DNA of 64,000 nt, taken from contig JBJCIZ010000028.1 in assembly GCA_051294375.1 (NCBI GenBank), forward strand, positions 202,100-266,099, written 5' to 3'. A program made the translations under genes and the position numbers. Under the pieces are notes generated by a model. The model was not told the origin of the DNA. It saw only the letters and a list, made by a program, of their open reading frames with translations, and searched no databases. Positions 1-10,236 of this stretch are shown in pieces (position 1 is the stretch's first letter; each line of letters begins with the position of its first letter). The DNA comes from Paraspadella gotoi (lineage: Eukaryota; Animalia; Chaetognatha).

Positions 1-106
1 TCTTTACAGATGTTTTTCCTGAAGACGACGAAGCAGACGACAGACGTGAGAAGAAGAAGAACGACCGTGAATCCAGTGAGAAGTAAGATGCCAAGCATGT
101 TGTTGC
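1..106 (-). CDS. Constant exon C12 (partial): transmembrane helix and start of cytoplasmic tail, (G)NNMLGILLLTGFTVVLLLLTSVVCFVVFRKNICK
   Basis: ctccAG acceptor at 109-107, phase 1 matches C11; ~24 hydrophobic residues followed by RK stop-transfer; runs off window. Confidence 0.85.
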
Positions 107-120
107 CTGGAGGAAGCAAT

Positions 121-620
121 CAAACAGTTGATCAATCAATCAATCATTTGATCGATAAAGCAGTTAATCAATTATTTAAACAATGAAGAAGTTAATCAAT
201 CAATAAATCAATCTAGCAATCAATCAATCAAGCATTCGAACGATGAAGCAATTAATCAATGAGTTAATCAATCAATCATTCAAACAATGAAGCACGAAAT
301 TAATCAGTCCATCCATCAATAATTTTAACAATAAAGCAGTCAATCAAATATTTAAACAATGAAGAAGTTCATCAATCGATCAATCAATCTAGCAGTCAAT
401 CAATCAAGCATTCGAACGATGAAGCAATTAATCAATAAGTTAAGCAATCAATCATTCAAACAATGAAGCACGAAATTAATCAGTCCATCCATCAATAATT
501 TTAACAATAAAGCAGTCAATCAATTATTTAAACAATGACGAAATTAATCAATCAATAATTCGAACAATCTAGCAATTAATCAATCAGTCAATCAATCGCT
601 TAATCAATCTGTCAAACATT
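121..620. repeat. Intronic AATC-rich minisatellite, ~176-bp higher-order unit in about 2.5 copies
   Basis: agcattcgaacgatgaagc recurs at 231 and 407; dense caat/aatc motifs. Confidence 0.75.
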
Positions 621-684
621 AGATTGGTTTTACCACGAACAGCCAAATTAATAATCAAAACAACAACAACGAGTTCCAACTGAC

Positions 685-790
685 CCAGAATCGGTTTTCT
701 GTCTCGATCGTTGGGATAAATCGCGTCTTGTTGCATATCGGAAATTGTGACCACCATTTTCTTCTCCGTTCTGCCCGCGACGCTGCTCAC
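685..790 (-). CDS. Constant exon C11: end of Ig4 and juxtamembrane stalk, VSSVAGRTEKKMVVTISDMQQDAIYPNDRDRKPIL
   Basis: ctcAG acceptor 793-791; G|GTCAGT donor; phase 0 to 1. Confidence 0.8.
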
Positions 791-1111
791 CTGAGAAGAG
801 AGAGTGACGAGTTGGAATCATTGTACTAATGTAATAAAGATTTAACAGTTGCTGATGAGACTGAAAATCCGAAATCTCATTTGCATATTGCAGCAGTTTA
901 GATCATTTTCCGTATCATTTTATTTAATCTTTTTTCTTAATTTTATATAATTTTCTACGAGTACTTTTCGTACTTCCTACCAATGAATTAGCTCTTCGGA
1001 TAATATTTCGGCATTTCACCGTAGAATTTGTGGTTACATTTTCGTCAAGTGCGACGGGAACCGAAAATGAACTCGTGAAACGAAACGACATTTTTTTTTC
1101 CCCAAATTTAC

Positions 1112-1182
1112 CTTCAAAAGAATCGCCATCGTTTCCAATCCGTATTTTTCGGGTTTAAACTTGAATTCGACGCGAACTCCGT
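1112..1182 (-). CDS. Constant exon C10 (Ig4): (N)GVRVEFKFKPEKYGLETMAILLK
   Basis: ttttaaacAG acceptor; AAG|GTAAAT donor; phase 1 to 0 fits both neighbours. Confidence 0.8.
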
Positions 1183-1670
1183 CTGTTTAAAACAAAATGA
1201 CAACGTTTGTTAAAAACAAAATAAATATATAATAAATACATAAAATATATATTAAGAAATAAATCATAAATAAACTTTGTTACGCCGGTCATGACTTGAC
1301 ACGACCGTGGCCGTCGGACGCCGACGACGGGAGAGATCCGCGTCGTGCCTCGCCCGTTTTACGCGAAGAAAAATATCGAATGTGAAGACGATATCATGAT
1401 TATTTTTTATTTTAGAACGTCGCGGGAGGCAAATTGAGTTGCTTCGAGAGCCCCGGACGTACACGTTTTTAACCATATATTGGTGGTTTATATTTTAAAC
1501 TCGTTTTTACCTCACGTTTTATCTTTTTTTACTCGTTAATTCGCGTCGCCATTTTTAATTGTGAAAGAATAAATTTACCAACGCGTTCCAAATTCTGTAT
1601 CGTCTATCTCGAAACCAAAGTCAGCCAACGAAAATTAGAAATATTAAGCTCGAAGCACAAACAAACTTAC

Positions 1671-1729
1671 TGGCGATTTCGGTCATGAGTTCCGGAGCTT
1701 GACGACTATCGAGGTCGTTCTCCACGTAC
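1671..1729 (-). CDS. Constant exon C9 (Ig4): (W)YVENDLDSRQAPELMTEIA
   Basis: atcatcAG acceptor; A|GTAAGT donor; phase 2 to 1. Confidence 0.78.
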
Positions 1730-1801
1730 CTGATGATTGATTGATTGATTAGATTAATTGATTGATTGATTTGAATTGATTGATCATTGATACTAACTCA
1801 C

Positions 1802-1888
1802 CAGGAGATGTTGAGCGGCGGCGGAATCGGACTCAGTAAATGTTGCATCCGATCTTATCATTCCGTCCTCTCCCTTTTTCGTTCGGAT
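1802..1888 (-). CDS. Constant exon C8 (Ig4 B/C strands): IRTKKG..NDKIGCNIY.SPIPPPLNIS(W); carries two apparent 1-nt deletions
   Basis: ccttaaAG acceptor, TG|GTGAGT donor; the C...P.P...I.W pattern parallels C4 but needs two single-base insertions to stay in frame (likely sequencing error). Confidence 0.6.
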
Positions 1889-2098
1889 CTTTAAGGGGAG
1901 GATGGATGAATTTTATTTTCAACAATTCTTTAATTATTTCACTTTTTTTTTAGTTTAAAATAAATATTGATTGGGCAGGTTTTTTTTCTATTAAAATATA
2001 TTCTTTTTATCATAAATATTGATTCCGATATCCTATTCTATGAATCTAATCCTTCTTAATCTAATTCCTTCTGCCAATTATAATCGATCTTTACTTAC

Positions 2099-2161
2099 AT
2101 TTTTGGTGCAGGCGATTTCAGGTGGTCGAATGATGGTGACAGTGACTTCACGTTTAATCAC
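2099..2161 (-). CDS. Constant exon C7: end of Ig3 and start of Ig4, VIKREVTVTIIRPPEIACTKN
   Basis: cctatcAG acceptor; AAT|GTAAGT donor; phase 0 to 0. Confidence 0.8.
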
Positions 2162-2302
2162 CTGATAGGGAAAAATTAATAAATCAATCAATAAGTTAAA
2201 AAAATGATTTATTTAATCTTTAAATCTATTAACAAATAAACTAATAAATCAATAAATCTACAATTCACCTTTCTCGAACTCACCCTCCCCTTAAAAACTC
2301 GC

Positions 2303-2392
2303 CTGATTCGTCGAGGGGTCGATAACTTCGAGGAGAACGGGCGACTTATCCTCCAACTTTGTCTCCAACGTGCTGTCGACCACGAACCCCAC
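2303..2392 (-). CDS. Constant exon C6 (Ig3): VGFVVDSTLETKLEDKSPVLLEVIDPSTNQ; inferred GC donor
   Basis: attaccAG acceptor; CAG|GCGAGT is the consensus-like phase-0 donor just before the in-frame TAA at 2293-2291. Confidence 0.7.
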
Positions 2393-2780
2393 CTGGTAAT
2401 TATGATCTTTTATTTACAATCACGTAAATTAAAATTGATATTTTTATCAAAGCGAATTAAACTTTTAAGCGATAAAAATTCCCATATCTTAAAGGGGAAT
2501 CACTGTGTTTATAAATAATCCATTGTAGAAGACGAAAATAGTAATAATAAAAGTGAGAAGAAGGTGAAGAATTGTGACGATGTAAGAGAAGTAGAAAAGA
2601 AGTGAGACGAGCTCTCTCCTCACCATAAATCGTTGGGACATCATGTAACGAACTAAATTTTCACGCAAGAATAACAATAATAATAAAAATAATAATAACG
2701 ATAAATTTAGTAATTATAATAAGAATAATAGTAATAATATTAATTATAATAATTATAAATATAATCATTAAACAACTTAC

Positions 2781-2837
2781 GTCAAGGCCGCCGTCTCGTC
2801 TGTTGGACACCTGAGTCTGCATCTGATCTTCGCCGAC
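2781..2837 (-). CDS. Constant exon C5 (Ig3): VGEDQMQTQVSNRRDGGLD
   Basis: atgtctcAG acceptor; GAC|GTAAGT donor; phase 0 to 0. Confidence 0.78.
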
Positions 2838-3083
2838 CTGAGACATAAAATTGAGGGTTATCTACTGCTTGCTTGCTTGCTTGCTTTCTTGCGTGCTTTA
2901 CAGTCATCATTATAACGAGTAACCATGATTCAAAACAAGTTATTTTTTTTAAAAAACATTAAAAATCCTTATATAGTCGCAATATACTGTTGTATTTAAA
3001 TTTTTACTCTTTTTTTTTATTTTTCTTTATTTTTTTCCCCTTTTTTTTCTTCTTTTCTTTTTTCTTCTCAATCATCGACTCAC

Positions 3084-3172
3084 CTTCCAAGTGATTCCGG
3101 CGTTGCTAGGCAACGGATTTCCTCTCACGACGCAGCTGACGGATTGAGACTTTTCGCGAGGTTTGATCATCA
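3084..3172 (-). CDS. Constant exon C4 (Ig3 B/C strands): (V)MIKPREKSQSVSCVVRGNPLPSNAGITWK
   Basis: ttatccAG acceptor; AAG|GTGAGT donor; C-x3-GNP-x-P...I-x-W Ig signature; phase 1 to 0. Confidence 0.88.
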
Positions 3173-3906
3173 CTGGATAAAGCGAAATGATTAAAAAGTT
3201 TATTTGGTTTGCGAATGAATTAATACGTTATAGTTTTCTTCGAGTAATAGGAGAAACGTGTCTAATTTTCGAATTTTTGGCTCGGAACAAAAATTTACCA
3301 TGACAAGAGCGGTTTCAAGCGCGTCACGCATCTCTTTAATCAATGTACGTTCAAAAATTTCATTTGCATATTGCAGTCCAAAATATTTTTATACTTTAAA
3401 CTAATCCAAAAGTCATTCATAATAACCCAATTTAAAAATATCAAGTAATAAAACATTCTACGCATCCTTAGCACAATATATTAGATGCAACGGTTTGGGG
3501 AAACTCGTTTTTCTTACAACCAAAGACGTCGGGGCGAAAATGGAAAGGTCAATAAAAAAAGCATCTGATTGAATAATAAAATAAACTAAAAAAGTTTAAT
3601 TCGTAAAATGACATATCCATTAAATTTTAGAATCTTACGTTTAAAAAGTTTCAACTTTTTAACGTTTTTGTAATATTTCTTATATACGTTGATACTTCAT
3701 ATATCAATTTCCTATTTCATTTTTCCGTATTTTAGCCGTGATAACGTAACAAAAAGGTTATTCAATTTTACGAATACACGTTCTAATCTAACATCAACAG
3801 CTGCCACTAGCAGCGCCCGCAACAGCTTCATCAAACAAGCATCCACATCCAGCTGCGGCAGCCTCAGCCTCAGCCGCGGCGGCATCGACAGCAGCTCTCC
3901 TCTCAC

Positions 3907-4027
3907 CCGCGGGCGGACATTCGATCTTCGGCTCGAATCTCACGTCGAGGACGCCGAAGGAGCAAGAGGGCGGCTGCGTGCCGGCTTTGAGGTGTGTGTG
4001 GCGGACGGAGCAGGTCAGTTCTTTGCC
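3907..4027 (-). CDS. Constant exon C3 (Ig2 F/G strands): GKELTCSVRHTHLKAGTQPPSCSFGVLDVRFEPKIECPPA
   Basis: ccccaacAG acceptor; G|GTGAGA donor; DQ|GKELTCSV resembles the D-x-G-x-x-L-T-C motif of CD80-like C2-set domains (nectin/CADM/nephrin type). Confidence 0.88.
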
Positions 4028-4650
4028 CTGTTGGGGGGGGGGAGAGGAAGAGAGAGTTAGGGTAAGTGCACTATCGCAGGTACTAAAAATGGGTTGGAAA
4101 GAATAGTGCCAAGGTGTGAAAGAAACCACGCGGTAGAAAACGGAACGTATCGGGGGAAAAAAAAGTAGATAATGAATTCAAAATGTCAAACCGGGAAAAA
4201 CTGAACATCAAATTGAGAAGGAAAAAGCAAATAAAATGAAACTTAAACAACCGGATTGGACTTTTACTTACCTTATCCAAAGGAAGTCTATTTTAAATAG
4301 TAATTTAAAAAAAAATCAAATGAACAAAACTAAATTAATAATATTCAATGTAAATAAACAAACCGAAAAACAAAAAAAAACGAAGCACGAAAGCAAAAAC
4401 AAAAGACTAATACTGTTTGTTTAAAGAAATTAAAGACAAAATAACAAAATTAAAAACAATCAAATAATTTAATCAATAATAAACCCCCCCAAAAAAAAAA
4501 CAATGAAGAAAGAACGGATAATAAATTTTAAAAAATTAAACCGAATAAGCAAATCATAAACGAAACGAAAAAAACAAAACTAAATAATAAAACAAATTAA
4601 AATAAAAATGAAACAGTAATGAAAACAAATTAAAATTACAAACATCGCAC

Positions 4651-4833
4651 CTGATCCGCGTAACGAGCGACGTAATCCAAATGAGACGCCATCTTTCCCG
4701 AGTCGTCGTTCGTCGGCGCCGGAAGCGTCTCGTTCCCGAGGCGCCAAACGATTTCCGCGGCGCCACCGGAAGTCAAGTCCGTTACGTTGGCGCCGCAACG
4801 GAAGGCGCGGGCGGCGTCTTCCGTTATCGTCAT
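4651..4833 (-). CDS. Constant exon C2 (Ig2): MTITEDAARAFRCGANVTDLTSGGAAEIVWRLGNETLPAPTNDDSGKMASHLDYVARYADQ
   Basis: ctccccAG acceptor after a long polypyrimidine tract; CAG|GTGCGA donor; B-strand Cys and C-strand Trp; phase 0 to 0. Confidence 0.88.
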
Positions 4834-4844
4834 CTGGGGAGTGG

Positions 4845-5095
4845 AGGGAGTAGAGAGGACGGGAGGGAGAGGAGAGAGAGAGGAGAGAGGAGAGAGCGAG
4901 AGAGGAGAGAGGGAGAGAGGGAGAGAGAGAGAAGAGATGAGAAGGAGGAGGAGTGAGGGGGAGAGAGAGAAGAGGGAGAGAAGAAGGAGGAGGAGGAGAG
5001 AAGAAGAGAGAGGAGGAGGGAGGGAAGAGAGAGGGGGCAGGGAGGGAGCGGAGCAGAGAGAAGAGAGCAGACAGAGAAAGAGAGACAGGAAAAGT
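4845..5095. repeat. GA-rich low-complexity tract (polypyrimidine on the coding strand)
   Basis: Direct inspection. Confidence 0.85.
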
Positions 5096-5289
5096 GTAAG
5101 GGAAACATTAATATTTAGAAATTATCTCTAAAAAAAATCTTAATTGACATTTCTTAATTGAAAATTATGCCTAATTAGCAAAAGACCAAACTACATCCCC
5201 TCGGTCGTCCAACATCACTTTTTTATCCATCAACCTCCGTCCCTTTTTCAACAGCACCAGCATCATACCCCCTCCACCCCGGGACTCAC

Positions 5290-5437
5290 CTCGGCCCTCT
5301 CGCATTTCGGGAGACCCAAGACGGTGAGATGGAATTGGTGAGACTTTTCACCGTCGCAGACGAACTTTCCAGCGTCGCTGCTGCGGACGTCGGTGATCGT
5401 CAGGGTGTAGAGGGTCCCTTCCTTCTTGAAGGTGTAC
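5290..5437 (-). CDS. Constant exon C1: C-terminal half of the V-type Ig domain, (R)YTFKKEGTLYTLTITDVRSSDAGKFVCDGEKSHQFHLTVLGLPKCERAE; common acceptor for all variable exons
   Basis: atatcAG acceptor at 5440-5438, phase 2; L-T-I (E strand) and D-A-G-x-F-x-C (F strand) motifs; GAG|GTGAGT donor. Confidence 0.92.
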
Positions 5438-6139
5438 CTGATATTATTGGGGTGTGGAAGAGGGGAGGGGAGAAAGAGAGGAGGGGACCAAAGAGGGGAT
5501 GGGGAAGAGAGGAGAGGAGAAAGAGAGGAGGGGAAGAAAAGACGTTAAAATACGAACATTACGAAGACATTATAACCTTTAGTTGCTTCGGTTTTAGTTG
5601 GTTGGTTGTTTAAATTAGTTGGTTGTTGGTAAGATGGTAGTTTGGTTGGTTTGATGACTGGCTGATTGGTTGGTTGCTTGCTTGCTTGGTTTGTTGGAAG
5701 CCTATTTGGTTTGTTTAGTTGTTTGATTGTTCGTTGGGTTCGTTGGCTGCATGTCTGATAGGCAGGTTAGTTGTTTTGGTTCGTTGGTTGTACAGTTGAT
5801 TGGCAGATTGATTGATCGTTCGACCGATAGGTTCGTTTGTTTTTTGGTCGTTATTGACGACAACGACGACGACGACGACGACAACGACCGTTATGATGAT
5901 GAATGGAGTTTAGATGATACATGAAAAGATCTGACAATATAAAATTCAAAGCGAAATAAATTTTCGGGTGAACAACTGAATGTTGAATGTTGATCGACTC
6001 TATACTCCGTGAATCAGAAATAACTGATTCAACCGCGCTTCAACTTCAATTACCGATCACCAATGACAGATTATCATTTCGTCAAAACTAGGTTCAATTG
6101 ATCGTCTTATCGACAATACTATGATTCAAATTCTTTTAC

Positions 6140-6354
6140 CGCTCATCATCGAATCTGGCCAGTTTTCGGACCCCGACGGCTAAGTTTCTGACGTCCGCAT
6201 TTCGGATCAAAGTCCAAACCGGAGCCTCGTCGGCGCCGCAGGAAAATCGAGCCGCGGCGCCGGATACGACGCCGACGAAGACGTCCGGCGCGGTTGACGA
6301 CGCCGAGAAGGAAACGAGGAGTAAAAAGATCGAAAATACGAGAATTGACTTCAT
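6140..6354 (-). CDS. Variable first exon, most proximal, intact: MKSILVFSIFLLLVSFSASS...RFSCGADEAPVW...LAVGVRKLARFDDER
   Basis: Signal peptide + half-Ig; CG|GTAAAA donor; 215 nt (3n+2). Confidence 0.9.
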
Positions 6355-6412
6355 GGTGAAGGAGATTTAAGGGGAGAAAAGAATTTCAAGTATAAATATT
6401 AGGAATGAGAAA

Positions 6413-6451
6413 GACGAGTAGAGACATCTCGAGTCGGCGGGAGAAACAAAG
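6413..6451 (-). promoter_or_regulatory. Conserved upstream element of the proximal cassette (example of a motif repeated before almost every cassette)
   Basis: + strand gacgagtagagacatc...cggg..aaacaaag; same bipartite motif at 10286, 12334, 13054, 27285, 28133, 33951, 37241, 38223, 39963, 43481, 46951 and others. Confidence 0.75.
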
Positions 6452-6918
6452 AAAGACGCGGGGAAAACAAATGGCAAACGGAAGGATTTTAAGAATAGTG
6501 AGAACTCGGCGAGTTGTAGCGGGATGATTCTGAAAATTTAGCTAATTTGTAGAGAACTTACCTTTTGAAAGAAACTTATAATAACTTTTTTTAGAATTTT
6601 GCGAGAATATTACTATTTTTTCCACTTTTATTATCGTATTTATTTTATGTCTATAAGGCGAAGTGATTTTCAGAAGCGTTCATTAAGTATCGGAGACTGG
6701 TCCGATTTAAAGATTGCTATCAAAAGTAATTGAAATACAGAAACAGTTTACAGAGTTGACGATTCATTATTATTTAGGTTTTAAACAAGAATAAATACCA
6801 CTACATCACTGAGGCGACGATACACGGTATGTTCATATGGTTATAACCGACCGATAAAAAAAAATGACCAAAAAGAAAACGAGGTGAACAAACGACAAAT
6901 ATAATCAAAAAGAAGAAC

Positions 6919-7170
6919 CTTTCTTCATTAAAGTTGCTCTGTTTTCTGCCTCCGCTAACAGCACCATTTTTGATTATCATAGTACTCTCATTCTCATCAC
7001 GTCTCATCCTCTTCATATACCAGTAACTACTACTCATTATCATACTTCCTCAAACAGCCAAAATCCTATCACCATTTGTAGGACTAGTATCTGTGCTTAA
7101 ACATACTCTCACACCAAACACAGGTATGGATCATAAAAAGTTGAGTCCAATCAATATAAACAATGCATCG
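6919..7170 (-). pseudogene. Degenerate or noisy variable exon (...GAVSGGRKQSNFNEER|GT)
   Basis: 3' motif and phase-2 donor retained, 5' part scrambled; boundaries approximate. Confidence 0.45.
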
Positions 7171-7384
7171 GCCTCCCTCTCATCTCTGGTTGTTATTCTT
7201 ACCTCCCACGAACACCAGATAAAAAAAAATTACATACCATCACTGCCACCTAACCTCAAAGAAACACACTCCCTCGAGGTAAATCAAACACTTAACAAAT
7301 GTATCTCATCAAAGCAATCACGAACATTGCCTTATATTCCCATTCAATATAAAGCCATTGCCCTCCATCTACTTGATTTGTTCA

Positions 7385-7615
7385 TCTGTCCTCGAATCCG
7401 ACGGCCGGATGCGTTTGCAATTCCTTCTTAGATTCCCAGTATTCATAGCATCCAAGGATAGACGACGGGAAAAATCGCATTGGAAAGTCGATTTCCGAAC
7501 CTCCCAAAATTTAAAACCGAGAGAGGAATTTTGAATTATATTCCCCTCGATTCGCCAGAAGAAAATCGGGACGAGAAAGATAAGAAATAAAGAAATCGAG
7601 GAAAGAGAATAACAT
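7385..7615 (-). pseudogene. Degenerate or noisy variable exon
   Basis: Hydrophobic ATG-led start near 7615, FQCDF remnant, FED-like end; motif remnant near 7760; boundaries approximate. Confidence 0.4.
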
Positions 7616-8212
7616 TTTCCTATTTCTATTGAACTCTTAGAAAAAAATGGTTGTCGTTTTAAAATAGAAATGTAAGGAGGAGGGGGGGGGAGAGAGGATG
7701 AAAATGAATAAAGGTATCAGTCACCAAAAACTAATGGAGAAGGGTGACTTTGAAAGAAGACCGCTCCGCGCGGAGAGAAAAAATTATGACTGACGGCTGA
7801 TCCGATCAGTGACCAAATCAGATGATATAAGGACTACTAAGCGGGCGGAAAAGAACCGAGAAAAAACAATGAACCTTGCGGTTGACGAAGAAGTAAGATT
7901 CTGTAAAATGTATTTGTAAACGTGACCGGTCGCGGGAAAATAAAGGTACAATATCCTAAAAATTATTATAACAAGTATACCAGTTAAATGGTAAAATAGA
8001 TTATCCACAAATGGAAATTTGTTATAAAATAAACTAGACCAAGTTCAAAAAGTTAGAATACAGTTCTCTACAACAATAGTTAAAGCATGAACCCAACCGG
8101 GTCATTATTTGAACCGTCGTGCATAAATAAAAAACGACAAAGGGACCCAACACAGAAGGATCATAATTAAGAACCGTTACAAAATTCTACAATACATAAC
8201 AATGACACATAC

Positions 8213-8371
8213 CATTTCGTCCATCAAGTTTGCCCGTTTCGTCACTGTCCAAAAAAGATTCCGACTACCCTGTTCTTTGTTTTTTGCTATTTCATCCCAC
8301 ATTGGAATGACCGAAGAATCCGCAAACAAACCTCGACAGTTGACTTGATAGCGACGACCTCTGTCATTCGT
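8213..8371 (-). pseudogene. Partial variable exon, noisy, 5' end in gap (...DSSVIPMWDEIAK...RNLF...)
   Basis: P-M-W motif, GTATGT donor; abuts N-gap. Confidence 0.5.
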
Positions 8372-9299
8372 NNNNNNNNNNNNNNNNNNNNNNNNNNNNN
8401 NNNNNNNNNNNNNNNNNNNNNNNNNNNNNNNNNNNNNNNNNNNNNNNNNNNNNNNNNNNNNNNNNNNNNNNNNNNNNNNNNNNNNNNNNNNNNNNNNNNN
8501 NNNNNNNNNNNNNNNNNNNNNNNNNNNNNNNNNNNNNNNNNNNNNNNNNNNNNNNNNNNNNNNNNNNNNNNNNNNNNNNNNNNNNNNNNNNNNNNNNNNN
8601 NNNNNNNNNNNNNNNNNNNNNNNNNNNNNNNNNNNNNNNNNNNNNNNNNNNNNNNNNNNNNNNNNNNNNNNNNNNNNNNNNNNNNNNNNNNNNNNNNNNN
8701 NNNNNNNNNNNNNNNNNNNNNNNNNNNNNNNNNNNNNNNNNNNNNNNNNNNNNNNNNNNNNNNNNNNNNNNNNNNNNNNNNNNNNNNNNNNNNNNNNNNN
8801 NNNNNNNNNNNNNNNNNNNNNNNNNNNNNNNNNNNNNNNNNNNNNNNNNNNNNNNNNNNNNNNNNNNNNNNNNNNNNNNNNNNNNNNNNNNNNNNNNNNN
8901 NNNNNNNNNNNNNNNNNNNNNNNNNNNNNNNNNNNNNNNNNNNNNNNNNNNNNNNNNNNNNNNNNNNNNNNNNNNNNNNNNNNNNNNNNNNNNNNNNNNN
9001 NNNNNNNNNNNNNNNNNNNNNNNNNNNNNNNNNNNNNNNNNNNNNNNNNNNNNNNNNNNNNNNNNNNNNNNNNNNNNNNNNNNNNNNNNNNNNNNNNNNN
9101 NNNNNNNNNNNNNNNNNNNNNNNNNNNNNNNNNNNNNNNNNNNNNNNNNNNNNNNNNNNNNNNNNNNNNNNNNNNNNNNNNNNNNNNNNNNNNNNNNNNN
9201 NNNNNNNNNNNNNNNNNNNNNNNNNNNNNNNNNNNNNNNNNNNNNNNNNNNNNNNNNNNNNNNNNNNNNNNNNNNNNNNNNNNNNNNNNNNNNNNNNNN

Positions 9300-9469
9300 T
9301 CGAAAGCTTTGATGCCTTTCATTCCCTCTTTGTCCCAGTATTCATGCATCCATAATAGGAACCAGAGAAATCGCATGATAGTCGATTCTCGAATCTTCTC
9401 TCCGTCGACTGTAGCTTCACCAATGAGGAAAAAAGTAGAGAAAAGAGCGACAAATATGGAGGAAAACAT
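9300..9469 (-). CDS. Partial variable exon, 3' end in gap: MFSSIFVALFSTFFLIGEA...GMKGIKAF
   Basis: Signal peptide, GI-x-AF motif, upstream element near 9537 and aaacaaaagg near 9597. Confidence 0.55.
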
Positions 9470-9994
9470 GATTACTGTAGACACGGACGTAGGAAGCCTT
9501 TCGCTCAGAAAAAGGAGTATAACAATATTAGAAAAGAGACGGGTTGCGCCGCCTTGAATTGACGGGTGGAATCAGAGATTGAAGAAGAAATGCGGAAAAC
9601 AAAAGGCGTCGAAGGAAGGCATTCTGTGGCAACGAGTAGTTTTAATTTTCTTACGATAGATGATAAGTTAAAATATTGTGTGTGGATAAAAATATTGCGT
9701 CAATTGAAAAAGATAAAAGGTTCGCCCATTCATGAAACCGCGTAACATTTTCAATGTTATACTGGCAATGAATATAATAAAATCGCGTTGAGAATTTTTA
9801 AGAAAATTTAGCACAGTTAAAATTCAATTTTTTCAATTATATTGTCTTCGGCGTCGTCGTCGTCGTCTTAGATGTAAACACTTAACACTTCTCTTAAATA
9901 ATAATGCTAATGTGAATATAACGCCACACTAAAATAAAATACCACACCATCTGACTTTTAGAACACCACATATCAAAGTATCATTCTTCGCCAC

Positions 9995-10236
9995 CTGTCG
10001 TCTTGAAAATTGGCCTGTTTCTTCTCGCCAAAGGCCATCCCTCTCATTCTCGTCTGCGTCCGACTCTGACGCAACCAAATCGGAATTGTGACGGAGACGC
10101 AGGAAAATCGGACCCGCGTTTCCATGGCGACGACTCGGACTTCGTCTTCGACGTCGGAGGAAACGACGACGACGACGACATGAGACGAAAGAAGAAAAAT
10201 CGTGAAAAAGAAAAGAAGTTTCGTCCTCGGCGTCAT
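9995..10236 (-). CDS. Variable first exon, intact: MTPRTKLLFFF...RFSCVSVTIPIW...GMAFGEKKQANFQDDR
   Basis: AG|GTGGCG donor; 242 nt; upstream element at 10286. Confidence 0.87.

Noticed and set aside
1802-1888. Programmed frameshift or pseudogenisation of the constant region at exon C8
   Set aside because: Two 1-nt deletions in an assembly full of similar indels; all other constant exons are intact and in phase, so sequencing error is more likely
4787-5131. Arg/Glu-rich and Leu/Ser-rich ORFs here and at other (GA)n, (ATT)n, (AAAG)n and (CAACA)n tracts
   Set aside because: Translations of simple repeats
1-5437. Assigning a symbol such as Dscam/sDscam, Pcdh, nectin or nephrin
   Set aside because: No FNIII or cadherin repeats are visible, and similarity to nectin/nephrin-type domains is motif-level only; orthology needs a database search
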